A stretch of DNA of 64,000 bases from Fibrobacteria bacterium (GTDB taxonomy: Bacteria; Fibrobacterota; Fibrobacteria; UBA11236): assembly GCA_043745805.1 (NCBI GenBank), contig JAYTSD010000029.1:1-64000 (forward strand), given 5' to 3'. The notes beneath the pieces were generated by a model, which saw nothing but the letters and a program-made list of their open reading frames with translations, was not told where the DNA came from and made no database searches. The translations under genes were made by a program, and so were the position numbers. Positions 40,044 through 49,799 of the stretch are shown here, one piece after another. How positions within the stretch are numbered: position 1 is the first letter of the stretch; each line of letters begins with the position of its first letter.

Positions 40044-40285
40044 ACCGGAATTTTCATCGCAATAATTTTACACATGTCACCCACATTTTTGAATCCTTGA
40101 ATTTCGCTTGCCATAAATCGGATTTTGAAATGTTTTTCGATTTCTACCACTAGTTGAATATGTGCTAGAGAGTCCCATTCTTCATAATCCGCGGCAGTTG
40201 TACCGCTATGCAAAACAATATCCTTACGATCCAATACATCAATAAAAATATCTTTAACCTGTAGCATAATTTCGGGAATGCCCAT
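40040..40285 (-). CDS. acyl carrier protein
   Basis: 81 aa; WDSLAHIQL phosphopantetheine site. Confidence 0.9.
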   Translation of the reverse strand: MGIPEIMLQVKDIFIDVLDRKDIVLHSGTTAADYEEWDSLAHIQLVVEIEKHFKIRFMASEIQGFKNVGDMCKIIAMKIPV

Positions 40286-40286
40286 T

Positions 40287-41999
40287 TTATACCTCTTTGA
40301 TAAAATTTATTTTAGGAATAAAGTCGCTTAACTGAAGTGTCCAAAGTAGCTTGTCTTTAACAAAACCAAGATCGGCATAAAAATCTTTTACCATTCCATT
40401 CTTCGCTGTAGGAATGTATTCTCCGGATAGATGCGTGCAGCCGGCTGCTTGAGCAAGGTTAGCCAAATGATTCAGTACAAAAGTTTCCATTCCGCGTTTG
40501 AGAACACGACAACTCATAAACCAACTATGAATAAAAGCCTCATTTTTATCGATTCGCAAAATACCTACGCTAACTAATCCATAATCTCCAAACTTATCTT
40601 TAAGCGTGAAGGCGGCAGTTCGGTAGTCTAATGATTCTGCCAAATTTTTTGCTTCCTCTTCCGTAAAGCGAATAGTGCGAAGATTAAATTGATTCGACCG
40701 TTGACTCAACTGTGCAATACGGGGAAGATTAAAAACGCGGAAAGTTTCAACAGTAGCCTCCAAATTTAGACCTTGCAAATAATCTTCTTCCGTAATCGCA
40801 GTAACCTGCAAATTCTTTCGCGAGATTTCTTCCTGATAGAATTGCGTACGAGACCGGTCTTCAGCGGTAAACGATGAGGACTCAAACAAATTTAAATTCT
40901 CTAAGTAACTTATGTATTCAGACGGGTCCTCTGGCAATTCCGGAACGGTAACTTCGGGAAGAAGTTGACGCACTAGATTTCGTTCAAATGGACTATCATC
41001 CAAAAATACCATCGAGTCAAAACTCAAATTTAAATTCTCTTGAATACGACGAATATTCTCTGCCTTATTCTCCCAGTTAGCCACAAAAACGGCTATGTCT
41101 TCTAACTTTAGGAGCATGTCAGGGTGGTGTAAGAATGGCTCTCTCGCAACGATCTCATCATTTTTGCTGCATATGGCTAGGATTATTCCCCGAGCCCGCA
41201 AATCGCAAACCCAAGCTTGAAATTGCGTAAAAGCTTTTCCAACCCCTAAGTTACCCATCTGAATTTTTTCCAATCCATCTTCCCCGATAATGCCGCCCCA
41301 CAGTGTATTATCTAAATCAAGAATCAGAACCTTTTTCGCTCCTCCCTCCATCGCCATAATAATTGAAACTAAGTTACGTGCTAAATCGGGGAGAAAATCT
41401 GGAGCGAAAGCCATATCTGCATGAATATAATATCGCGGAGATTGACAAAACAAGCTTCCCTTAGATCCTTGCAAAGAAGCCACGTCATTGACATAAATGC
41501 CTTCGGTATTCCGTGCGGCATCCATAATTCCCAGGTTTATTTTTCGGAGCTGATAGAGAAAAGAGAGATCTGTTTTATTTGCAAAATTTCCAAAAACAGA
41601 ATCCCCACTTTCGGGAAAATTACTTTGTAGGATACGCGCTTGGGTATGCAGAGTCAAAGCCTGCCATAAGGTCTGCATGAAATCTAAATAGGTTTCAGCA
41701 AAGCCACTGCGTGCTTCTTGGGGCGTTGCCATAAATCTAGCTTTCAATTTTTGAATGCAAGGAAGTAATACGGCATAGTCGGCGGCAAATTGATGAAAGT
41801 CTGATCGCGAATCCAAAATTTGCATTTGGGTTTGATCGTAAGCTTCGAATATTTCGAAAGAGAATCCCAATCCATGGCCATAACCACGAAGGGCTTTTCC
41901 CAGCAACTGAGTAGAGCTATCGGCCAACAGAGCGACCTTTCGAATCCGGAGACCGGAAAAATCCTTCTTAAGATTTTTAACCAATAAGTTCAGTTCCAA
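40287..41999 (-). CDS. FkbH-like glyceryl transferase/phosphatase (HAD-IIIC)
   Basis: DLDNTLWGG, CSKN, FLDDSPFER, RSNQFNL, DKFGDYG, MSCRV; likely TTG start at 41999 with GGAG RBS (track start 42092). Confidence 0.9.
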   Translation of the reverse strand: MELNLLVKNLKKDFSGLRIRKVALLADSSTQLLGKALRGYGHGLGFSFEIFEAYDQTQMQILDSRSDFHQFAADYAVLLPCIQKLKARFMATPQEARSGFAETYLDFMQTLWQALTLHTQARILQSNFPESGDSVFGNFANKTDLSFLYQLRKINLGIMDAARNTEGIYVNDVASLQGSKGSLFCQSPRYYIHADMAFAPDFLPDLARNLVSIIMAMEGGAKKVLILDLDNTLWGGIIGEDGLEKIQMGNLGVGKAFTQFQAWVCDLRARGIILAICSKNDEIVAREPFLHHPDMLLKLEDIAVFVANWENKAENIRRIQENLNLSFDSMVFLDDSPFERNLVRQLLPEVTVPELPEDPSEYISYLENLNLFESSSFTAEDRSRTQFYQEEISRKNLQVTAITEEDYLQGLNLEATVETFRVFNLPRIAQLSQRSNQFNLRTIRFTEEEAKNLAESLDYRTAAFTLKDKFGDYGLVSVGILRIDKNEAFIHSWFMSCRVLKRGMETFVLNHLANLAQAAGCTHLSGEYIPTAKNGMVKDFYADLGFVKDKLLWTLQLSDFIPKINFIKEV

Positions 42000-42191
42000 A
42001 ACGGCTCCAAGAGGCGGGGAGAAACGGTAACTCGCAAACTCCCATGGAATGCTGATGGATTCTAACATTTCCGCGTTTCCATTTCTACACATTCCTGCTA
42101 TTCAGGAATTTTTTCCAAGTCTTTTCGAATTAGGTTGCTCATAGGATTTTCAATTGATAGAATGTGAAGCAATGCCTAAGATGGAAAGTCC

Positions 42192-43478
42192 ATGAGAATA
42201 CCCCACACGCCCATTGGAAACGCCAAGGTTACCTCAAAAAATACTCGCGTTCTCTCTAAAACTATTGTCATGAATCAAGGCGATCCAGTCTTAAATCAGG
42301 AATCCATGGAGCTCTTAATTCAGTCCATTTTAAATATTCCTAACCTTACCTCTTCTGAAATACCCTTGATTGAATTCTTGCAAACAAATACTCAATTCCT
42401 AGCCTCGCATCAATCCGTCTCTATGGGAATTGCCGAGTACGTCATGAAAAAATCGAGCGCTAACGTCGATAGCCAAAACCAATTGAGAGTTCTTGAAACC
42501 ATACGTCAGCATGATCAAGAGACTTCCGAAAATTTCATGGCATACTATCCAACAGGAAAAGAAAATACCCAAGGAGTTTTTTGGCCCGATCCAACCTTAA
42601 AACGCGGGGCCCGAAATATCTTTAATGAAATTCCCGCAGCGAAAAAATTTAAGATCATCGATAAGCAAACACCTATCGGATCTGGCGGCTGCTGTTATCA
42701 AATGTGGATTGCCTATAATCTCCAAGCAGAAAATTTCAATTATGTTGTTACAGAACCTGATCCGAATGCCCAAAATGGCCTAAGTCCAGCCTCCGCACGC
42801 TGGGGCATACTTTTCAATTCAGCCACCTACAAACAATTGTTGGAAAAAACCTTTGAAAACTTAATGTTACCTAGACTCCTCTGGAGTACCCAAAGCAAGG
42901 GTAAAACACTTTATTGTGATCCATTCCGTGAGGATGTGAACTTCGAATCCATCGAAGAATATGAAGAAAATTATTATCGACACACTGAACTTGCTCGAAA
43001 AGCCATGATGAAAATGAAAGTATTCGTTATGACCTTGGGGATGAATGAAGTGTGGTATTTGCGTGCAGGAGGAGCCGCTTTATCGCGATGCCCATGGGGC
43101 CTTTCTTCCTCTCTGCTAGAAAAACGCACTTTAACCGTTGAGGAAAATATTGCCAATCTTCAGGGTATGTTAAACGTGTGGCGCAAGTATAATCCCGATA
43201 TCAAAATTATCGTAGCGGTATCACCTGTTCCCGAACATGCAACCTTTCTAGCGGAAACTCAACATGTGATTTGCGCTAATTCTTTAGGTAAATCTATTCT
43301 CCGAATTGCCGCGCAAGAGTTTTGTGATCATAATGAAGGTGTTTATTATTATCCGGTCTATGAATCGGTAATGCACTGTACCGAAAAACCTTGGGATGAT
43401 GATCAAAGACATGTTTCCACCGAAGGAAAAGATAAAGGTGCGGCATTATTCCACCATATGTTTGTAAAAGAAGAGTAG
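42192..43478 (+). CDS. GSCFA-family (SGNH-like) protein
   Basis: IGSGGCCY at the GSCFA position, ASARWG..FN, FVMTLGMNEVW, VAVSPVP, KSILR, YYPVYE, DQRHV. Confidence 0.8.
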   Translation: MRIPHTPIGNAKVTSKNTRVLSKTIVMNQGDPVLNQESMELLIQSILNIPNLTSSEIPLIEFLQTNTQFLASHQSVSMGIAEYVMKKSSANVDSQNQLRVLETIRQHDQETSENFMAYYPTGKENTQGVFWPDPTLKRGARNIFNEIPAAKKFKIIDKQTPIGSGGCCYQMWIAYNLQAENFNYVVTEPDPNAQNGLSPASARWGILFNSATYKQLLEKTFENLMLPRLLWSTQSKGKTLYCDPFREDVNFESIEEYEENYYRHTELARKAMMKMKVFVMTLGMNEVWYLRAGGAALSRCPWGLSSSLLEKRTLTVEENIANLQGMLNVWRKYNPDIKIIVAVSPVPEHATFLAETQHVICANSLGKSILRIAAQEFCDHNEGVYYYPVYESVMHCTEKPWDDDQRHVSTEGKDKGAALFHHMFVKEE

Positions 43479-43505
43479 TGGTTTTACTCTTATCGACTTG
43501 ATAAC

Positions 43506-44657
43506 CTATTTCGAACTAAATAAAACAATCAACAATAAAGCTGCACCAGCCATGCCTCCAACGGTCCACCACAAAAATTGATTGGCTTTTTTGGAAACGG
43601 GTTCTTCTTCATTGCCTTCTTCATCAAAATTGGTTTTGGGTGCGGGTTCAGCGGCTTTGGAGCCGCCGAGTAATGGTAAAGTCATGGCATACGTTAAAGC
43701 GTCATTTTTTTTCACGACAAATGATTTGCAAAGGTTTTGATAACCAGGGCTTGATCCGCAAACTTCATGCTTGCCCGGATTTAAAGGGAAGCGAGGCGTA
43801 TTACTTCCCATGGTCGTGCCATCGATAGTGATAAGGGCGCCGGTAGGAATTAGGGAAAGATTAAGCCAAGCGGCTTCTTGCTCTTGCAGAGCGCGTGCGA
43901 AATCACCTAAACCGGGACTCAATAATTTATCATAGGCTTTAGCGAATACTTTTTTAAGATTAGTGCTGGTGCCGCTTTCTAAATCGTATAAAGTAGCGGT
44001 TAAAGTAAAATTCGTATCAATTTGATCTAAGCTTACGGTTAAAATTTTATCGGTTGTTAACCGCGAGGCTACGTCCAAAATGCATTCTTTATTTTCACAT
44101 TTTTCCGAAGTAACGCGCTTCTTTTCCAAAGTTTCCTCAACTGCATTTCTGTCTAAGGTGTGAAAAATGGGTAAAGATTGTAGTTCGGCAATTAGTTGTC
44201 GAGTGAGTCCTGCCTGATCTTCGGGGCGCAATGCCTTACCATAAATATCCATTACGGCTAAACTTGGGATTAAAGCTTTGCCTCCCTTTTGGGCTTGTAC
44301 TTCTTTTTTGATTTTTTTGAAATGTACTAATTGACTATTACTCGCATAGGTATCATGAATAGAGGCAAAAGGATCTAATTCGAAAAGACGGAAAAATAAT
44401 TTGTCTGCTTCAGCAATTTTCTTGGGATTTGACGAACAAATCACACCTAAATTTTTAAAGATGTAGACACTGTCTTGAAAGGTTAAATCCTTTTGTTTCT
44501 TTAAATAACTACGCAGAATCTTTTCTGCTTTACCGACCTCCCCTTCGGATAAATTATTATCAACTAATTTACGATCCACCACCTGTGCAGAAACCAAACA
44601 GGCAGAGCCAAGCAAACAAAGTAAAGCGAGCGAAGAAAGCCAAAGTAGTTTTTTCAT
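43506..44657 (-). CDS. exported TPR-like + CsgG/FlgO-like + PEGA domain protein
   Basis: Signal peptide; LAVMD..LDR...C...C..V; S.PTGALITIDG..G..P..LNPGKH...PGY; C-terminal WW-TM. Confidence 0.7.
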   Translation of the reverse strand: MKKLLWLSSLALLCLLGSACLVSAQVVDRKLVDNNLSEGEVGKAEKILRSYLKKQKDLTFQDSVYIFKNLGVICSSNPKKIAEADKLFFRLFELDPFASIHDTYASNSQLVHFKKIKKEVQAQKGGKALIPSLAVMDIYGKALRPEDQAGLTRQLIAELQSLPIFHTLDRNAVEETLEKKRVTSEKCENKECILDVASRLTTDKILTVSLDQIDTNFTLTATLYDLESGTSTNLKKVFAKAYDKLLSPGLGDFARALQEQEAAWLNLSLIPTGALITIDGTTMGSNTPRFPLNPGKHEVCGSSPGYQNLCKSFVVKKNDALTYAMTLPLLGGSKAAEPAPKTNFDEEGNEEEPVSKKANQFLWWTVGGMAGAALLLIVLFSSK

Positions 44658-44771
44658 AATTTATTTCTCCCGAAACAAAAATCGTCTCAAAATGTCGAGG
44701 TATATAGTAATTTTTCACTCTGAGAATGTCCAACACTCAGGTTGAGAAACTCTTTAAAAAAACGAGTCTTT

Positions 44772-45704
44772 ATGCTAAAAATGCTTATTTCATTTTCAAT
44801 CCTTGTGCTTTCCTTTACGCTTGCTTTTTCTGCGCCCATGACCATAAAACCCAGCAATGCTTTTCTCGATTATTGGAAAAGTGGGTTAGCTGAAATCTCC
44901 TCATATCAAGTTAAAACTGAAAGGTATGGAGAAATGCGGGAGGGGCAGGAAGTCATGATTTTTGTGTACGAAGAAATCAATGCGGATACACGCATTAAAG
45001 TGGAAAGCGACAAAACGCCTGTGAGCAAGCAGGTTCCGGTATTAAAACTCAATCATGTTTTAAAATTTAATACTGGCATTTATGATTATTCAGTATTAAC
45101 TTCGGTGTTTACCGGACTCGCTGGCCAAAGTGTAAAACGTCCCTTTGATCCCCAAAAAATTTCGCTGACGGCACAAGAATGGTGTGGTCATGTTTATCAT
45201 AGTGTAGAGCCGCATAAAAGTGGAATCGTCTCGGAAATACATTCTTATTTCGAAAAAGAAGGTAACACGAAAATAACTCTGCCTTTTCCAGTGGGAACAC
45301 TTTATTATGAAGATGAATTTCCCATTTTATTTCGTGAACTCGATGGGGAGTTTTTAAAAACTGGAGAAAATCTTAAGTCTACAGTATTGCCAAGTTTATG
45401 GCTGACGCGTAAAAGACATCAACCCTTAACTTTGGCCAAAGCAGAAATTCACAAAGAAAAAACAACTTTACCGCTCCAAAACAAAAATTGGGAATGCTTC
45501 AAATGGACAGTGGAATTATCGGGAATTAAAACGGAGTATTGGATAGAAAAAGATTTTCCGCACAAGGTTTTAGCTTGGAAAAATTCAGTGGGTGAAAGTG
45601 GTGAGTTGATTAATAGTCTGCGTAAAACCTATTGGGCATTAAATCACAATAAAGATTTAGGGTTGCGCAAAGAGCTGGGCTTGCATTATGGTTTAGGTGA
45701 CTAA
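44772..45704 (+). CDS. conserved-looking exported hypothetical protein
   Basis: Signal peptide; FLDYW.SG.AE..RYGE, VLKLN..FNTGIYDY, QEWCG, SYFE.EG, YW..N. Confidence 0.7.
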   Translation: MLKMLISFSILVLSFTLAFSAPMTIKPSNAFLDYWKSGLAEISSYQVKTERYGEMREGQEVMIFVYEEINADTRIKVESDKTPVSKQVPVLKLNHVLKFNTGIYDYSVLTSVFTGLAGQSVKRPFDPQKISLTAQEWCGHVYHSVEPHKSGIVSEIHSYFEKEGNTKITLPFPVGTLYYEDEFPILFRELDGEFLKTGENLKSTVLPSLWLTRKRHQPLTLAKAEIHKEKTTLPLQNKNWECFKWTVELSGIKTEYWIEKDFPHKVLAWKNSVGESGELINSLRKTYWALNHNKDLGLRKELGLHYGLGD

Positions 45705-45737
45705 GCGCCACCGTTTTTTTTTGTAAAAGCTTCTGCC

Positions 45738-46598
45738 CTATACTATATCCATGAGCACAGGATCCGCAATAATCGATGTCACTGCCGCTGTGCTTTTGGC
45801 CTTGACATGACTGCGAATTTTTTCGGGCGAAAGATCGAATAATTCAAAACATAGGGCATACAAATCTAAAGCGCCAATCGAAGCCGGCGCATATTCAAAA
45901 ATACTCAGGCCTTCTTTTGCCGCTTCCGCCAGTTGAATGGTTAACCTTACTTTTTGATCCGCTACGCGACCTGGATAGGCTTGTAAAATTTCTTTGCAAA
46001 TAGTTTGATGTAATTGCGTATTCGCACGGAACATATTGATCACTATTTTATAAAGCTGCGAGGTAGTGGTCATTTTATCTAGCATGGGGATTAAGTCTTG
46101 TAATCCTTGCAAAGCATAGGGTTCCGCTTGAATAGGTACAATCACCGCTGTGGTCGCATACAGTGCCATGCGCGTTAACCAGTTCACCGCCGGAGGGCAA
46201 TCAATTAATATAAAATCATACTCTTCGCCCATACCTTCCATTTCAGCTAATAATGCTTTCAATCGGCTAGGCTCACGAATCGCTTTGCCATCGAGAATGG
46301 GTAAATCTTCTAGGCCAGTACTACCGGGAATAAGATCGAGATTTTCATAGCCAGTGGAAATAATTGCTTCCGCCATGGGAATGCGGCGCATCAATACTTT
46401 AGAAATATCGGGAAAGGGGTTACCCTCCGCATCCTTATCCACATTACCCAATAAATGCTTGGTTAAATTAGCCTGTCCATCCAAATCAATTAATAAAGTT
46501 TTGTATTGGGAAAAGGCCAGAGCATGCGCGCAGTTTAAGGTGAAAGTGGTTTTTCCTACTCCACCCTTTTTGGACAAAAAAGCAAATGATTTAGTCAT
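45738..46598 (-). CDS. ParA/Soj-family ATPase (orphan)
   Basis: KGGVGKTT, IDLDGQANLT, IDCPP, EA...G.SIFEY.P. Confidence 0.9.
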   Translation of the reverse strand: MTKSFAFLSKKGGVGKTTFTLNCAHALAFSQYKTLLIDLDGQANLTKHLLGNVDKDAEGNPFPDISKVLMRRIPMAEAIISTGYENLDLIPGSTGLEDLPILDGKAIREPSRLKALLAEMEGMGEEYDFILIDCPPAVNWLTRMALYATTAVIVPIQAEPYALQGLQDLIPMLDKMTTTSQLYKIVINMFRANTQLHQTICKEILQAYPGRVADQKVRLTIQLAEAAKEGLSIFEYAPASIGALDLYALCFELFDLSPEKIRSHVKAKSTAAVTSIIADPVLMDIV

Positions 46599-46776
46599 TG
46601 AATAAGAATAAAATTTCATACGCTGGAAAACAAGCAAAAGTCAATTTGCAGAATGCTCCAAAATAGAAGCGAAGCATGCAAGCCATTGATACAATTAGTA
46701 TTAGCTGTGCTAAACTATTTTTTACTCGAAAAGGATTTTTTTTATTCGTCGGCTTTGATTTAAGGTATCCCCATAG

Positions 46777-48090
46777 TTACGTGTCAATCACGTCAATGGG
46801 AGCGCCTAAACTCCGGAATTTCTCCACAATTCTATCATAGCCACGCTCTATATAACGCACATTGGTCAATTCCGTAACACCCTCAGCAAGTACTGCCGCC
46901 ACCAAATAAGAAAAGCCTGCACGTAAATCGGGAATATCAATTTTAGCTCCGCGTAAGGGTGTAGGCCCCATAATGACGGCAGAATGCTTATGACCCAAAT
47001 GGCGGAAACGACAGGGTTCCCCACCCAAACATTCATTGAACAATTGAATACGCGCACCCATCGCATTCAATGCATCGGTATAACCAAAACGATTTTCATA
47101 TACGGTTTCATGAATAACGGAAATGCCTTCGGCCTGCGTTAATAAAATCACCAAAGGTTGCTGCCAATCGGTCATTAAACCCGGATGCACATTGGTTTCA
47201 GCGGCAATGGGTTTAAGTTTGGAATGTTGGCCATGAAAACGAATGCCATTTTCTTCAATATCAAATTCACCGCCGGCGCGGCGTAACCAATTCAAAAAAG
47301 TGAGCAGATGTTTTTGATCCGCTCCTTTAATTAAAACATTGCCTTTAGTCGCAATGGCTGATACGGCAAAGGAAGCGGCTTCAATGCGATCATTAATCAC
47401 CGTATGCTGCGCAGGACGTAAGCATTCAACCCCTTGAATGACCCAAGTTCTATCGGTTTCCTGCGTGATAATAGCACCCATGCTTTGTAAAAATAAAGCG
47501 AGATCTACTATCTCCGGTTCAATCGCCGCATTTTTAATCACAGTAGTGCCTTGCGCCACAGTAGCGGCCATCATAATATTTTCCGTAGCACCTACGCTGG
47601 GAAAGGGCAAAGTGATTTTAGTACCCGTTAAATGCTTGGCCTTAAAATGAAACGCATTATCGCGATATTCCGCTTTAGCCCCTAAGGCTTCTAAGCCTTG
47701 CAAATGAAAGTCAATCGGACGAGGCCCAATATCACAGCCTCCCATTACCGGAATCACTGCATGCCCAAATCGATGGAGTAACACGCCTGCTAACAGGATT
47801 GGAATTCGGTTCAATCCCGAATATTCAGTGGGAACTTCGGGGGTTTGTAAATGCGTGGCATCAATTTCTAGTATGCCTTCATCCGTCTTATGCACTATAG
47901 AACAACCCAAGGAACAAAGAATTTGCCTGGTTATATCAACGTCGCCAATATCGGGAACATTTTTTAAAATGGATTTACCTGGAGCCATTAAACTAGCTAC
48001 CATTTGCTTGGTTACAGCATTTTTAGCGCCGCGAATTTGTACTTCACCTTGGAGGCATTTGCCTCCTTCAATTCTAAATTTTCTTGTCAT
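46777..48090 (-). CDS. murA: UDP-N-acetylglucosamine 1-carboxyvinyltransferase
   Basis: GAKNA, GGCDIGPRPIDFH, SVGATEN, AAIEPEI, DRIEA, DLRAG, IERGY. Confidence 0.96.
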   Translation of the reverse strand: MTRKFRIEGGKCLQGEVQIRGAKNAVTKQMVASLMAPGKSILKNVPDIGDVDITRQILCSLGCSIVHKTDEGILEIDATHLQTPEVPTEYSGLNRIPILLAGVLLHRFGHAVIPVMGGCDIGPRPIDFHLQGLEALGAKAEYRDNAFHFKAKHLTGTKITLPFPSVGATENIMMAATVAQGTTVIKNAAIEPEIVDLALFLQSMGAIITQETDRTWVIQGVECLRPAQHTVINDRIEAASFAVSAIATKGNVLIKGADQKHLLTFLNWLRRAGGEFDIEENGIRFHGQHSKLKPIAAETNVHPGLMTDWQQPLVILLTQAEGISVIHETVYENRFGYTDALNAMGARIQLFNECLGGEPCRFRHLGHKHSAVIMGPTPLRGAKIDIPDLRAGFSYLVAAVLAEGVTELTNVRYIERGYDRIVEKFRSLGAPIDVIDT

Positions 48091-48220
48091 GGCAATAATT
48101 TACTTAAACTCCTCTTTTCTGTTTTCAAGTTCTTCAAGAGAAACAAAACAAGCTCAAAAAAAATGCCCAAAATTTTTAGTTATTTTTTGCTGCCACCTGC
48201 ATAATTAAGCAGGAGGTATT

Positions 48221-48400
48221 ATGAGCAGTATAGCAAGCATTCCCAATTTACCCGAAAACGCCCCCAATCAGGACGTGGCATTAATCATGTTGAAAAAATC
48301 ACAAGACAGTGCAAAAGACACCGGTAACGCTTTGATTGCGGCCTTGCCGAAGCCACCATCCCCTCGGGGTATGGGCCAAAATCTTGATCTGTCCGCCTAA
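48221..48400 (+). CDS. YjfB-like small 'putative motility' protein, 59 aa (not in the ORF track)
   Basis: AGGAGG RBS; MSSIASIPNLPENAPNQDVALIMLKKSQDSAKDTGNALIAALPKPPSPRGMGQNLDLSA* shows the LKK..D......L...G.N.D pattern. Confidence 0.75.
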   Translation: MSSIASIPNLPENAPNQDVALIMLKKSQDSAKDTGNALIAALPKPPSPRGMGQNLDLSA

Positions 48401-48412
48401 ACTCTTGACCAA

Positions 48413-49657
48413 TTAATCCGTGGAAATTGGTACAGGCCCAAGTTTTTCCCAAACATAAACTAGACCCAATGCTAGAATGGGAACTAGAGGGAAAACTTGC
48501 CTTGGAATAGCGCTCAAGAGGGATAAGCCCGTTAAGCTAATTCCTGCAAAAAAGGTCAAAGCCATCATTTCTGCGGATACTTTATGGCGGGCAATAATTA
48601 CGCGGCAAACGCCAAAAAACCACATGAAAAATATAGCAGCGTAGATTAAACTACGATTTCCAGTTGTGAGATCGGTATCCGCATTTGGATAGTTTGAAAT
48701 GGGATATCCAAACACCATGCGATTAATATTTGCTCTCCAATTTTGGAAATATTTTTGCGGGTGATTCTTTATATTTTTTTTTGCCACCTGTTTAAAGCGG
48801 GCATCTCTCTCTAAACAATTCATAGTGGATAATTCCTTAAATAAGGGCTGTAACTCGCAAAAAAAATCTGGGTAACCGATAACGGCATCAAAGTTTAACC
48901 AGTCTCCTAAATATTTTTTTTCAGGTAACGTCATGCAATACACTTGCTGTCCTCCTGAATTTCCCCAATAAAATATTTTGCCAGTTAATTTGTAAGTGTA
49001 TCCAAGATAAGGAAGACAGATCAGTAAACCAAGTAATTGCGCGATAGCAAAACGCCGAAAGGCTATCCTCTTTAACACCATTCCTATAAACCCCATAAGC
49101 AGGAATCCGAATAATAAAGTATAGCCGAAAAAAACTTTGGTTAAGGCTAAATAACCTAGGTAAAAAGATAAGGTCAAAAAATGTTGAATCCAATTTGGAG
49201 AGGCTGATAAATCTTTTTTACAAACTTTTATCCCATGAAAACAAATGCCGGAAACTAAAAATACCGATAAACACTCCGGCATTATAAATTCCATTAAGGA
49301 ACCATGAAGGCATAAATATATTCCTAGAACAAAAGCAAAAATCAAAGCTTTTCGTGGGGTAACATAAATAGCCGATGCCAAGCCAAAATAATATGCTGCT
49401 CCATAAAGCAAAAATGCATTTAAGATTTTTGCCCAAAACCAAGGAATATGCAACAATGCAAAGGGATATAATAAAAATGGATAACCCGGCCCATTCCACA
49501 AATACAAACTTTCGGTGGAAGCATAAAAACCATGAGTTAAATTTTGGGCACAAATTATATAAGTTCCCTCATCCCATTGAAAACCAGTTTTCGAGTGCCA
49601 GCAAACAAAAATGAGATAAATCACTAAAAGAGGTAAAAGCTTAAATGCCATTTTCAT
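48413..49657 (-). CDS. GT-C fold membrane glycosyltransferase (ArnT/PMT-like)
   Basis: WDE..Y...A.NL..G, GPGYP; multiple TM segments; C-terminal PR...P. Confidence 0.75.
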   Translation of the reverse strand: MKMAFKLLPLLVIYLIFVCWHSKTGFQWDEGTYIICAQNLTHGFYASTESLYLWNGPGYPFLLYPFALLHIPWFWAKILNAFLLYGAAYYFGLASAIYVTPRKALIFAFVLGIYLCLHGSLMEFIMPECLSVFLVSGICFHGIKVCKKDLSASPNWIQHFLTLSFYLGYLALTKVFFGYTLLFGFLLMGFIGMVLKRIAFRRFAIAQLLGLLICLPYLGYTYKLTGKIFYWGNSGGQQVYCMTLPEKKYLGDWLNFDAVIGYPDFFCELQPLFKELSTMNCLERDARFKQVAKKNIKNHPQKYFQNWRANINRMVFGYPISNYPNADTDLTTGNRSLIYAAIFFMWFFGVCRVIIARHKVSAEMMALTFFAGISLTGLSLLSAIPRQVFPLVPILALGLVYVWEKLGPVPISTD

Positions 49658-49799
49658 ATTTCTTCATTTTACTTTACAGAGCTGTCTAATTTGTAGACAA
49701 ATTTTTTGCAAGCAGTCCATTTTACGTCAAAAACCACATTTCATTTCGGTAAACTCTTGGCCCAATATTTGATTAATACTAACCCAAAAGGAGTGCTGT

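Noticed and set aside
45738-46598. Orphan ParA as the missing FlhG
   Set aside because: Motifs (DGQANLT, IDCPP) are Soj-type rather than MinD/FlhG-type
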